Source: an uncultured virus (IMG/VR IMGVR_UViG_3300025732_000033)
Taxonomy: Duplodnaviria; Heunggongvirae; Uroviricota; Caudoviricetes
Virus record (IMG/VR): IMGVR_UViG_3300025732_000033
DNA length: 64,000 nt
Strand: one strand, 5' to 3'
Below, piece after piece: positions 41,133 to 50,378 of this stretch. Under the pieces are notes generated by a model that ran no database searches, had not been told where the DNA came from, and was given only the letters and a program-made list of their open reading frames with translations. A program made the position numbers and the translations under genes. Position 1 is the first letter of the stretch. The number at the start of each line of letters is the position of its first letter.

Positions 41133-41999
41133 ATGGCATACGTAAATCCACATGTTGCTAGTTATGGGTCCTCATATGGTAAATATGGTGGATTAAAAAT
41201 AACTAATTATTCCCCTAGTGGGGACATTAATCAAGATAATTTAAATAAAAATCTTGAAATTGACGGAGTTCAATTTAATTTATTTGAGCAAGCAATAAAT
41301 GATTATGTTTTAGCTCAATTAGGGCATCCAATTATAACTGTAGAATTAACTCCATTTCAAGTTAAAACTTGTATAGATGAAGCTATTTCTAAATTAGACT
41401 ATCACTGTCCTCAATGGTCTATTCAATATGCAGTATTTGATGCCTCTGCTGGTATAAATGTTTATGAGTTACCACAGTTTATGATTAATAATTTAAGCTA
41501 TGTAACTTATAAAAAAGATATTCTTGGATTAAACTACACCCCTGGATCTTTAGCATTTGATGTAACTTTAGCATTTTTTAATACCAATAGATTCTTTCAA
41601 GGTGGCGGAATAGGTGATTTCTTTTTAACACAACAGTATTTAAAAATAATGAGAAGAGTTTTATCAAATGATGGTAGCTGGAATGTAGTAAATGGTAATG
41701 CTATTCAACTATACCCAGGCCCAACAGAAACTCCTACTCCAGTTATAATTGAATACAGAGCATTAAATTCTAATACAATTCATCATGCTTATAGAAATTG
41801 GATTCAAAGATATGCTTTAGCTTGTGCTAAAGGAATACTAAGTAAAGTTAGAGGTAAGTATCAAGTTCTTCCTGGTCCTGGTGGTGGTGCTCAAATGGAT
41901 GGATCTATACTAGGTCAAGAATCTACTGCCGAGAAAAAAGAATTAATGGAGGAATTGAGAACTGATATTGAAGAACCTCCTATGTTCTCAATAGGTTAA
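41133..41999 (+). CDS. gp13: Neck protein gp13-like
   Basis: LAQLGHPII.VELT..Q...CID.A, WIQRYALA..K..L..VRGKY..LPGPGG. Confidence 0.88.
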   Translation: MAYVNPHVASYGSSYGKYGGLKITNYSPSGDINQDNLNKNLEIDGVQFNLFEQAINDYVLAQLGHPIITVELTPFQVKTCIDEAISKLDYHCPQWSIQYAVFDASAGINVYELPQFMINNLSYVTYKKDILGLNYTPGSLAFDVTLAFFNTNRFFQGGGIGDFFLTQQYLKIMRRVLSNDGSWNVVNGNAIQLYPGPTETPTPVIIEYRALNSNTIHHAYRNWIQRYALACAKGILSKVRGKYQVLPGPGGGAQMDGSILGQESTAEKKELMEELRTDIEEPPMFSIG

Positions 42000-42000
42000 T

Positions 42001-42555
42001 ATGAGTAATTTTGGAAAATTTAATTCTGATATAAAAATTCCAAATACCGATGATTTCGATAATCCATTTAGATTATTTAATAAAGCTAGCGATAGAAATC
42101 TATTAAACATAATAGATGAAGAGCAATTTAGATTAGCCGGGTCACCATTAATGATTTATAAGTATTATCAAAATAAAGAAATTGATGATGTTTATGGTGA
42201 AGAAAGAAATAAAACTATTTCAGTCGAGCCAATAAAAGTGTATGGCCATTACGATCCAAGACCAGTTGAAGAAAATTTAACTCAGTTTGGATTAGAGTTG
42301 GTAAACAATCAAAAGTTTACATTTAATAAAAGTTATATAGAACGCAGATTAAATAGATCTGTTATTCCTGGTGACATTATTAAACCACAATTTCAAAACT
42401 TAAAATATGAAGTATATGAAGTGCAAGAAGATAGTTTTGAAACCTATGGTATTTATCATTTAGTCTGTGCAGCCAAACTTCTTAGAGACTCTCAAGATGT
42501 TCATAATGAAATCCCACCAGTTTCTGATGATGTAGATGGGGAGTTAAATTATTAA
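42001..42555 (+). CDS. gp14: Neck protein gp14-like
   Basis: DDVYGEE, LTQFGLEL, PGDII, YEVYEVQ; follows gp13. Confidence 0.75.
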   Translation: MSNFGKFNSDIKIPNTDDFDNPFRLFNKASDRNLLNIIDEEQFRLAGSPLMIYKYYQNKEIDDVYGEERNKTISVEPIKVYGHYDPRPVEENLTQFGLELVNNQKFTFNKSYIERRLNRSVIPGDIIKPQFQNLKYEVYEVQEDSFETYGIYHLVCAAKLLRDSQDVHNEIPPVSDDVDGELNY

Positions 42556-42556
42556 A

Positions 42557-43270
42557 ATGGGAGAAATACCAGTTAGCTCTAAAGTTATTAGGGAAATAAT
42601 AGAAAAAACTAATAATTCTACAGGTATGTTTATTCAAAAGATATACAAAGATACTTTAAGAGAATTTATTAATATTTTTGGTAATATCTATTACGTAGAT
42701 AAAAATAATAATCCAATAAAAATTAAATGCTTTCATGGCAATCAAGAAAGGGCCGTGGCAAAGACTTCTACTGGGGATAACGTGACACTGCCTGTCATAA
42801 CAATTAGCGAATCTAGGACCGCTAATAACGACGGTAGACGGCGATATAGCAGCTTGCTAGTGCATGACAAGTATTGGGATGATGATAAACACAGAGCTAT
42901 AAGAGTATTAAGTATTGCCCCAAGACCCATTGATATTAGCTATGAAGTTAATATTTGGACAAAATATAAACAAGATATGGATCAAATAAGGGAATATATA
43001 TTCTTTTTATTTAATCCAGACTTAGAGATAAAAACTAGTAAAAGCGAAATAACAAAAGCTTTTTTAGAATCTGAATCTGATATTTCGGAAGTAGAAGCCC
43101 GTGATTTAGAAGATAGAGTTCTAAGGAAAAAAATCACAATTAATGTTGAAACTTATATTCCAAGTCCAAAGTTTTTGTATACTTCAACAGGAAAAATAGA
43201 AGAGTTTAATTATGAGGTTGAGATAGAAAACAACCCATCAGTAGTAGAAATTTTAAGTAAATCTAATTAA
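42557..43270 (+). CDS. gp15: Tail sheath stabilizer/terminator gp15-like
   Basis: F...FGNI, LPVITI, P.PIDISYEV.IW.K...DM.QI.E.I...FNP. Confidence 0.8.
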   Translation: MGEIPVSSKVIREIIEKTNNSTGMFIQKIYKDTLREFINIFGNIYYVDKNNNPIKIKCFHGNQERAVAKTSTGDNVTLPVITISESRTANNDGRRRYSSLLVHDKYWDDDKHRAIRVLSIAPRPIDISYEVNIWTKYKQDMDQIREYIFFLFNPDLEIKTSKSEITKAFLESESDISEVEARDLEDRVLRKKITINVETYIPSPKFLYTSTGKIEEFNYEVEIENNPSVVEILSKSN

Positions 43271-43330
43271 ATTAAAAAATTTAATTTAAATTTGCCCATA
43301 TCTAGAGTAAATAGTTATAGAGAATTATAT

Positions 43331-43552
43331 ATGTCTAATAAAAAAGTTTTGGTAAATCCTCGGGTGGATAATCCTGTAACTAAAGTAATTAAAAACTATT
43401 CATTACAGGGATTAAGTGTTCTTTTAAATACAGAAAATGGACCAAAATTTATATGGTTAGCTCCTAGACAAGCAGTTACTGTTTCGGAAGCTTACATTAG
43501 TGTGCAAGCGCAAAACTTGCATAAAAGAAGATTAATTCAAATTAGTAATTAA
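43331..43552 (+). CDS. Small hypothetical protein before the sheath (likely start ATG 43331)
   Basis: IKNYSLQG...LHKRRLIQI; late-type motif upstream. Confidence 0.6.
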   Translation: MSNKKVLVNPRVDNPVTKVIKNYSLQGLSVLLNTENGPKFIWLAPRQAVTVSEAYISVQAQNLHKRRLIQISN

Positions 43553-43563
43553 AGGATATTTAA

Positions 43564-45687
43564 ATGGCCGCAATTCCTACTAGCCCTGCTGTTGTATTTC
43601 TTGAACGGGATAATTCATCATATCCTGCTAATATCGACTCATCAATAGTTGGTATTGTTGGCTATGCTACTAAAGGTCCTTTGGATACTCCAACCCTAAT
43701 AACCAGTCAAGAAAATTTAGTTAATACGTTTGGAAAGCCTAATGAATCTATCCCTGGTCAAGGATTAGAGGCTGCTCTTGAAATTCTTGAAACCACTAAT
43801 CAAATTAGATATGTTAGAGTTGCCCCAGATAATGCTACGACTGCATCATCATTGGTTACAATAGGTTCATGCCCTGCGGTTTCAGTTTCTGCAGGATCAA
43901 TGGGTGATGATGGTGCTGGTATTGGCACAGCCGGTGCTAATATAAATTTCTTTTTTAGAATTTCTGTAAAAGATTCTGATGGTGTAGAAGTTCAAGAGGA
44001 TACATTATATAATGTTTTATCTTCATTAAATGTACCTACTGGTTATGGACAAGCTTCTGCTTTGGCAAGAATTATAGGAAATGGTAGTAATCCAAGCGAT
44101 AAAGTTGGGGTGTTCTATGATCAAACTTCTACCGATTCCCTCGTAGGTTATAATAATGGTTTAATAGTTGGAAGTTTTGCCGGAGCAAATGCAAGATTAT
44201 CAGTAAGTGCTTATAGTGGAACTTTAACTTCTCTAGTGGGTGCTCCAATATTAAAAGCATTACACTCCTCCGGCTCTGTTACTTCAACTGGATATGTAAG
44301 CTCAATTACTGCAAATGGTTATACCGTAACTTCAGTAGCAGCAAACTCATTATTCTATAAATCACAAGCACTGTATAAGGGTTCAGGATACAATCTCGGA
44401 ACTGATACCAATACTGGACAAACCAGTGGACTTAGTATTGAGTTGGATGCTTACGCTGGGCCATATTCAAATGTAACAGTAAATTCTGATGGTATCACTG
44501 CAGAAACTTTCAAAGTCTCTTTAATTGATGATCAATTCTTTATTGAAAAAGCTATCAATACAGGGGATACTAATCTTAAATCAACTTTGATTAAAGGTGA
44601 AATAGGTATTGCTAACCAAACCAGCGCAACGCCAACTGCAAATGCAAACTTCTGGTCTATAGCTTGTTTAGGGGCTCCAGGTGGTAAGGTAACTCTTACT
44701 AATGGTGAAGTTTCAGCTAGCCCAAGATTCTTAAAGTTTGTTGATGGAACTTATTCAATGACGAATGGTTCAAATGGAACTGTAGATGAAACGGCAACTA
44801 GCTCATTTGCAGAAGTAATAGGAACTGCAAGTGCTAAGACTGGTATGTATGCTTTAGATGATGATAATCTTAACATATCTATAGCTTTAGTTCCTGGAAT
44901 TTATGATCAAGATGTTCAAAATAATTTGATCACTCTTGCAGAAACTTCTCAAAACTTTATAGCAGTAGTTGCTCCACCAATTGGATTAAATAACGTTCAA
45001 GAAGCAACTAACTGGATGAATGGTAAGGGAGACTTAGGTAGAACTGCAGCCATAAATAGCTCTTGGGCTGCTGTATACTGGCCACACGTTCAAGTATACA
45101 ACGTCTTTGATCAAAAGGATATGTGGTATGATGCTGCTATCTATGCCGTAAGACAAATGACGTTTACGGATAATGTAGCTGAATCATGGTTTGCTCCCGC
45201 TGGATTCCGTCGCGGAAGACTAACCAAGCCAACTGCAACTGAAATTGCATTAAACCAAGGCGACAGAGATTCACTATACGTAACGAACTTGAATCCAATA
45301 GTAAACTTTGTTCCAGATGGTATAACTATCTTTGGACAGAAGACTGCTCAAAGAGCAGCAACTGCTTTGGATAGAGTTAATGTTAGAAGACTAATGATCT
45401 ACTTGAGAAAGGTCTTGTTACAAGCTGGTCGTATAGATTTGTTTGAGCCCAACGATCAGTTTACTTGGGATCAAGTGAAAGCCAAAGCTCAAGCGGTTCT
45501 CTCTGACATTCAAAATAGAAGAGGCATCACTGATTTCAGAGTAATCTGTGATGAAACTACTAACACTCCACTAAGAGTTGATAGAAATGAACTTTGGTGC
45601 AAGATCCTTCTGAAGCCAACCAAGACTGCAGAGTGGATCGTATTTGAGGTTAACCTAACCTCTCAGTCAGCTAAATTTAATGGATAA
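43564..45687 (+). CDS. gp18: Contractile tail sheath protein
   Basis: SP.V...E.D.S, GIVG.A.KGP, WFAPAG..RG, FGQKT, DRVNVRRL, LFEPND. Confidence 0.96.
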   Translation: MAAIPTSPAVVFLERDNSSYPANIDSSIVGIVGYATKGPLDTPTLITSQENLVNTFGKPNESIPGQGLEAALEILETTNQIRYVRVAPDNATTASSLVTIGSCPAVSVSAGSMGDDGAGIGTAGANINFFFRISVKDSDGVEVQEDTLYNVLSSLNVPTGYGQASALARIIGNGSNPSDKVGVFYDQTSTDSLVGYNNGLIVGSFAGANARLSVSAYSGTLTSLVGAPILKALHSSGSVTSTGYVSSITANGYTVTSVAANSLFYKSQALYKGSGYNLGTDTNTGQTSGLSIELDAYAGPYSNVTVNSDGITAETFKVSLIDDQFFIEKAINTGDTNLKSTLIKGEIGIANQTSATPTANANFWSIACLGAPGGKVTLTNGEVSASPRFLKFVDGTYSMTNGSNGTVDETATSSFAEVIGTASAKTGMYALDDDNLNISIALVPGIYDQDVQNNLITLAETSQNFIAVVAPPIGLNNVQEATNWMNGKGDLGRTAAINSSWAAVYWPHVQVYNVFDQKDMWYDAAIYAVRQMTFTDNVAESWFAPAGFRRGRLTKPTATEIALNQGDRDSLYVTNLNPIVNFVPDGITIFGQKTAQRAATALDRVNVRRLMIYLRKVLLQAGRIDLFEPNDQFTWDQVKAKAQAVLSDIQNRRGITDFRVICDETTNTPLRVDRNELWCKILLKPTKTAEWIVFEVNLTSQSAKFNG

Positions 45688-45692
45688 TAAAA

Positions 45693-46277
45693 ATGGCAGT
45701 TCAAAGTAAATATAAGAATACATTTCGTAACGCTAGACTAGGACAAGCTCTACCAGTAATATCAACTGAACTTGATTCAGTAAGGAATTACATGTTTGAG
45801 GTAACCTTTGAAGGGTTGCCATCAGATATAAGTGGTGAAACCGATGGATTAACTTTAGCTGCAAAACAGGTAGAGTCCACTGGTATAAGCGTAGAAGATA
45901 TCGAAGTAAGAAGACTAAACGATCAAATTTACTTCCCAGGCTCAGTAAAGAATGAAGAGTTGGTAATAACTTTTGATAACCTTTACCTGAAGAAGTCTGC
46001 CGGAACTTTGTGGGAATGGTTTAGAAGCATCTACGATCCTCTCTCAGGCAATGCTACCAAGTATGCCAGACCAGGGGGTTCACTAGGAACTTTCAAAGCT
46101 ATGAAGCTTAGAGTTCTTGAATTAGATAACACCCGTAATCCTCATGCCGCTATTGAGTTCTATGGGGTATATCCAAGAGCCGTTAAGTTCTCAGAAAAGA
46201 ATTATTCACAAAGCGAGTTTGCTACTATAAATGTAACGTTTAGATATGACTACATGGATTACTACAACTATAACTAA
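45693..46277 (+). CDS. gp19: Tail tube protein
   Basis: R.Y.FEV.F, YFPG, ITFD, LWEWF, GVYP, VTFRYD; follows the sheath. Confidence 0.88.
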   Translation: MAVQSKYKNTFRNARLGQALPVISTELDSVRNYMFEVTFEGLPSDISGETDGLTLAAKQVESTGISVEDIEVRRLNDQIYFPGSVKNEELVITFDNLYLKKSAGTLWEWFRSIYDPLSGNATKYARPGGSLGTFKAMKLRVLELDNTRNPHAAIEFYGVYPRAVKFSEKNYSQSEFATINVTFRYDYMDYYNYN

Positions 46278-46301
46278 TCCTACTTGATCTTATTTAATTA
46301 T

Positions 46302-46332
46302 AAATAGCCTACCACTAGTGGTAGGCTATTTT
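46302..46332 (+). terminator. Perfect 30-bp palindrome, probable terminator after gp19
   Basis: AAATAGCCTACCACTAGTGGTAGGCTATTT (46302-46331) equals its own reverse complement. Confidence 0.75.
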
Positions 46333-46346
46333 GCTATAATATCTAT

Positions 46347-48788
46347 ATGAATTACTTTTATAAATTATTAGAAAGCTACAGTCAGTTAAAAAATAGAAGT
46401 CTCAGATTGTTAGAGCGCGATAGATCGGGCGGGAAAAGAAGATTATCCCAGCCCCCATCTCCTCAAGCTGTGTATGCTGCTAAAAAATATATTGCGAATG
46501 CAAAAACATCAAATGGCCGACAAATCCCAGTAACTCAATTACCTCCTGCGTATGTAACTATAAATGGTAAGGGCGTTGTAGTTTTTACGGGTTTTCCAGG
46601 ACCAAGATATGGAAGAGAATATGGAATAAAAACTGCAGCAGATGAAGATGAGTTTGCAAGATTATTAGATCAAGCTGCACAAGGAGGACAATCATCTCAA
46701 GGAGCTACAGGTGGTGAACAAAATCAAGATGCTAATGGACAACTAAAATTAGATCCAAGTAATCCAAAACAAGATAAAGTAGAAGAACAACCAAAAAAAA
46801 CATATGAATTTTTAGACTCCCATGAGTTTTTATCAGAAATAGAATACAATAAAACTGTTGAAAAAATATGTAAAATAGATAAAACAAAATGCAAAATTCT
46901 TAGGGGTGCCCATGCAAGACTTCTCAATACAGGAAACTCAGGAGACTTAGCTAGAACCATAGCTCAAAGTAGTTATGTTATTGAGTCTTGCGATGAAAAT
47001 GAATCCATATGTGTTCCAACTAGAAATGATCAAGATATAACCCACATCAAAAGAAATGTATCTAAAATTTTTCAAGAAATATTTAAAATACTATCTAAAG
47101 AAAAATTAACTTTGGAAGATGTTCAATATCTTAAACAATCAGTAAGCATAAGTAAAGTAGGTCAAATAATAATTAGAGATCCCATAACTGGGCAAGGAAT
47201 GCTTTTCCATGAAGACAGTCAATACATTACTTCATTAATAAATGGAATGATTTCATTACATGAAGATCCTGGAACTGAAAAACAATTAGAACTAGAAACA
47301 GATCATGGAAACTTCTTAAGGAATGGAAATGGTATTGGAGGTAGGGGAGCAACAATTAGAGGTTTCTTTTTTGAAGACTTGAGAAACGCTGTAATTTTAC
47401 ATGCTAGATGCAGAAATTTACAACAAGATAGTCCAGAATCAAATAGATGCAATAAAAAAATATCAGACCTTTTTGAAAGATGGATACAAAATCAAGATAA
47501 ATTAATGGAAGCATTTCAAGGTTTGATAGATCAATATAACACAGAGGGCGCTGTGTCTATGGATTTAGATGATAACTTAAGCATGTTTTTTATTCAAACA
47601 GTAGTAAATGCTTTTGGAAATGGGAAAATGGCTAATGCTCAACAAGCTATGGAAAGATTCTCAAGAGTAATGAGTAGAATGGCATATATGGGAGTAGATA
47701 TTAGACGGCCCATGCATGTTATGAAATCTGCGCATACTGTAGGATTAGGTAGAAAAGCAGATATGCTTGAAGTGTATTCTACAAAAGAGTCTGCCGTAAA
47801 AGCTTTACTAAGCATGGGATTTGACCAAGCCACTGCAGAAAAAATGATTATAGAGAGAGATATTTCTGAAATAGAATGTGATGGGACAGATTGTAAAAAT
47901 TTATCCAAAGTATATTTAATAGGTGATAGTTTAAAATTTTCTAATGAAGCTGAATCAATTGACCTTGGTCAGGCAAGCCAATCAAATATTACTGCAGTAA
48001 TTGACGGAACCTATTGTGGCAAAGTAGTTAAAGATTCTCCTAGATGCCGCGCTGATGTTGAAAGACAAAAAAAAATGATGAAAGAATCTGGGGTTACCGA
48101 ACAAGATTTAAATTTAGTTAAAGAAGAATTATCAAGATTTCAATCTGAATTAGATATTATGAAAAAAATTCCAAAGGAAGTAAAATATTTTACTCAGAAA
48201 GGTGGAGTTAGAGTTTTTCAAACAGCAAAAATGAGAGAAGAATTTTTAAAGTCTACTTTAGATTATTTTAGAAAAAATGATATATTTAAAGGGTTAACTC
48301 AAAATGCAATAATAGAAATAGAAAAAATGATTAAATTTTCTGATGAGCAAGACTGGGAAAAAGTATGTGCAACAATTGCTTCTGTAATACAGAAAAGAAG
48401 AATTCAACAGTTAGTTGATGCTAAAACTGAAGATGGATCTCCAGATTTAAAACAAAGAAGAAAAGGTCTAGGATTTGTGGTAGCTTTGGCTTTATTTGCT
48501 GGCGGTGCCGCTGACAACTCAATGCTTACAGTAATAGACGCTAAAAATAGAACTATGTATGTTGGAGAACAAAATAAATATCTTCAATCAGTAAGAGATT
48601 CTATATCAAATCAAGATAATGTAAAGAATGCTCAAATAGAAGTTCGTGATGGTAAGTTTATTTTAAATGGAGTAGAAGTAACTTTCAATGGAAAAAGAGC
48701 AGACTGCCATATACCTAAATCTATTTTACAGCAACACAATTCTAAAATACTTTCTTTGAAAGAAAGACAAGGGTTAGAAGTAGCTTAA
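46347..48788 (+). CDS. Large hypothetical protein, possibly a capsid-packaged nuclease-fold protein
   Basis: N-terminal LLE...LLE; RGFFFE / KADML / GDSLK motifs. Confidence 0.45.
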   Translation: MNYFYKLLESYSQLKNRSLRLLERDRSGGKRRLSQPPSPQAVYAAKKYIANAKTSNGRQIPVTQLPPAYVTINGKGVVVFTGFPGPRYGREYGIKTAADEDEFARLLDQAAQGGQSSQGATGGEQNQDANGQLKLDPSNPKQDKVEEQPKKTYEFLDSHEFLSEIEYNKTVEKICKIDKTKCKILRGAHARLLNTGNSGDLARTIAQSSYVIESCDENESICVPTRNDQDITHIKRNVSKIFQEIFKILSKEKLTLEDVQYLKQSVSISKVGQIIIRDPITGQGMLFHEDSQYITSLINGMISLHEDPGTEKQLELETDHGNFLRNGNGIGGRGATIRGFFFEDLRNAVILHARCRNLQQDSPESNRCNKKISDLFERWIQNQDKLMEAFQGLIDQYNTEGAVSMDLDDNLSMFFIQTVVNAFGNGKMANAQQAMERFSRVMSRMAYMGVDIRRPMHVMKSAHTVGLGRKADMLEVYSTKESAVKALLSMGFDQATAEKMIIERDISEIECDGTDCKNLSKVYLIGDSLKFSNEAESIDLGQASQSNITAVIDGTYCGKVVKDSPRCRADVERQKKMMKESGVTEQDLNLVKEELSRFQSELDIMKKIPKEVKYFTQKGGVRVFQTAKMREEFLKSTLDYFRKNDIFKGLTQNAIIEIEKMIKFSDEQDWEKVCATIASVIQKRRIQQLVDAKTEDGSPDLKQRRKGLGFVVALALFAGGAADNSMLTVIDAKNRTMYVGEQNKYLQSVRDSISNQDNVKNAQIEVRDGKFILNGVEVTFNGKRADCHIPKSILQQHNSKILSLKERQGLEVA

Positions 48789-48797
48789 GGATAATAC

Positions 48798-49346
48798 CTA
48801 TATCCATAAATGTTTTGCATTAAATTCTTTAGTCGTAGCTAGTAAATCTGGAAGACGACATATGATATACCGTTCATTTAAAAAATTCAAATGAATGTGG
48901 TCGTGATTTTCGGCGTAGGTCGCCAGAGCGAGCGAACCCTTTTCCTTGAATAGACATAGGATATCTTTTCTGTCTTGTTGAAAGATCAACATAAAATTTT
49001 TCTGGATTTTTTTAGAATCTTTTTCAGCTTGCTCTATAAAAGACATAAGATCTGATTTCTCATTAAATACAGATCCAATATTTTCTTTATTATATCCTTT
49101 CTTACACTCAATAGTGAATTTAAATGTTTTAGGTGTTATTAAATCACCACTAAACTTTAAGTGTTCAGGTAAATTATGTGTAGTAGAAAAAGCTCCAGAT
49201 CCTGGAGATCTAATAAATTCAGTAGTATCAAAAAATTCATTCAATATAGAACAAATTTTTCTTTCAAAAGTATTACCTTTTGTTCTGCTGTTTTTTCTTT
49301 TCTTTTTGTTCTTGATTAAGTTTTTTAAATCAAAATTGTCTTGCAT
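48798..49346 (-). CDS. Holliday junction resolvase, Hjc-like PD-(D/E)XK
   Basis: KGNTFERKI, RSPGSGA, GDLI, IECKK, QAEKD. Confidence 0.8.
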   Translation of the reverse strand: MQDNFDLKNLIKNKKKRKNSRTKGNTFERKICSILNEFFDTTEFIRSPGSGAFSTTHNLPEHLKFSGDLITPKTFKFTIECKKGYNKENIGSVFNEKSDLMSFIEQAEKDSKKIQKNFMLIFQQDRKDILCLFKEKGSLALATYAENHDHIHLNFLNERYIICRLPDLLATTKEFNAKHLWI

Positions 49347-49376
49347 TTTTAATACTCCAAGCTATTATAGTGTTCG

Positions 49377-49691
49377 ATGGATAAAATTAAATTTGATGGT
49401 TCAAATTGGAAAATAAAATTAACAGAAAGAAGTAGAGGTCGTATGAAGTTAGCTATTAAATTATCAAAGGATGAGGCTGAAGGGTTTAAAAATTGGTCTG
49501 AGGCAGTTAGACCACCCAATATCAGTGATGAGGATTTCTTTAAGCAAATATTCTTTAATGGTATTGAGCATTTAAATGATAAGCTTCAAGCTATCTCTCG
49601 TCAAATTTTAAATGACCCTGAGATGAGAAAGAATCTTGAGGCTTCCGGTGTTAACGTATCCGCAATAGAAAATAATCTCCCTAAGCCATGA
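49377..49691 (+). CDS. Hypothetical protein
   Basis: 104 aa ATG ORF, 8 nt after a TATTAT box. Confidence 0.6.
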   Translation: MDKIKFDGSNWKIKLTERSRGRMKLAIKLSKDEAEGFKNWSEAVRPPNISDEDFFKQIFFNGIEHLNDKLQAISRQILNDPEMRKNLEASGVNVSAIENNLPKP

Positions 49692-50029
49692 ACTATATTC
49701 CAAAAAATATTAATTCGTGGGAACGTCTACAGCAACTTGTTCGTGCTATAGATGAGCTACTTCCTAAGGGTGGACCTAAGAATAGGATTAGGGTTCTAGT
49801 ATATAGCCCTTGGAATGAGCATTCAACCAAGTTCAAGGGTTATGATGCTCGCGTAAACTTGTTTGAAGTCCCTGAAGTTATGCAGGTTCTAAATGAGACT
49901 TTTGAGCAAGACTTAAAATTAAATACAGTCCCAACTTTGATCAACTTCCAAATGATAGATGATCAGATTAAAATGGTGATTGTAGATAATGCTACTGCCA
50001 TTCAGCATGAACTAACGTCTGGTGGCTGA
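49688..50029 (+). CDS. Thioredoxin-fold-like protein lacking CxxC
   Basis: VLVYSPWNEHS (cf. FYAPWCGHC), RVN..E.PE, TVPTLI.F cis-Pro loop; contains no Cys. Confidence 0.5.
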   Translation: MNYIPKNINSWERLQQLVRAIDELLPKGGPKNRIRVLVYSPWNEHSTKFKGYDARVNLFEVPEVMQVLNETFEQDLKLNTVPTLINFQMIDDQIKMVIVDNATAIQHELTSGG

Positions 50030-50364
50030 ACAGGAAATCCAAATTTAAACTCAAAATAAGCTTCCAACTTGAGTTTATGTCTTTTAACTTTAGTAGCTAC
50101 CAGTTTTAAGTTATTTATAATTACTGTCGTAAAATAATTGAACGCAGAGCCGTTCTCCGGTTTAAAATTACGCAGTGTCCTTAGGACAAGGAGGAAGCAT
50201 TCTTGTTTTGCATCCTCCTTGTCCACTTTAAAATGGAAAGCGTCTATAATATTGCTGATGAGGGCGTCGAAGCAATACATCAGCTCATCCTGAAATTCGT
50301 AATTACCAGAACAGTGTAGTTTAATTAGTTGTTCAAAACGCTTGTTATTAAGATACTCCGACAC
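50002..50364 (-). CDS. gp55: Late sigma factor, T4 gp55-like
   Basis: YLNNKRF, ED..QEC......RNFKPE..SAFNYFTTVI.N; GTG start. Confidence 0.8.
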   Translation of the reverse strand: MSEYLNNKRFEQLIKLHCSGNYEFQDELMYCFDALISNIIDAFHFKVDKEDAKQECFLLVLRTLRNFKPENGSAFNYFTTVIINNLKLVATKVKRHKLKLEAYFEFKFGFPVQPPDVSSC

Positions 50365-50378
50365 AAATTAATAATAGT

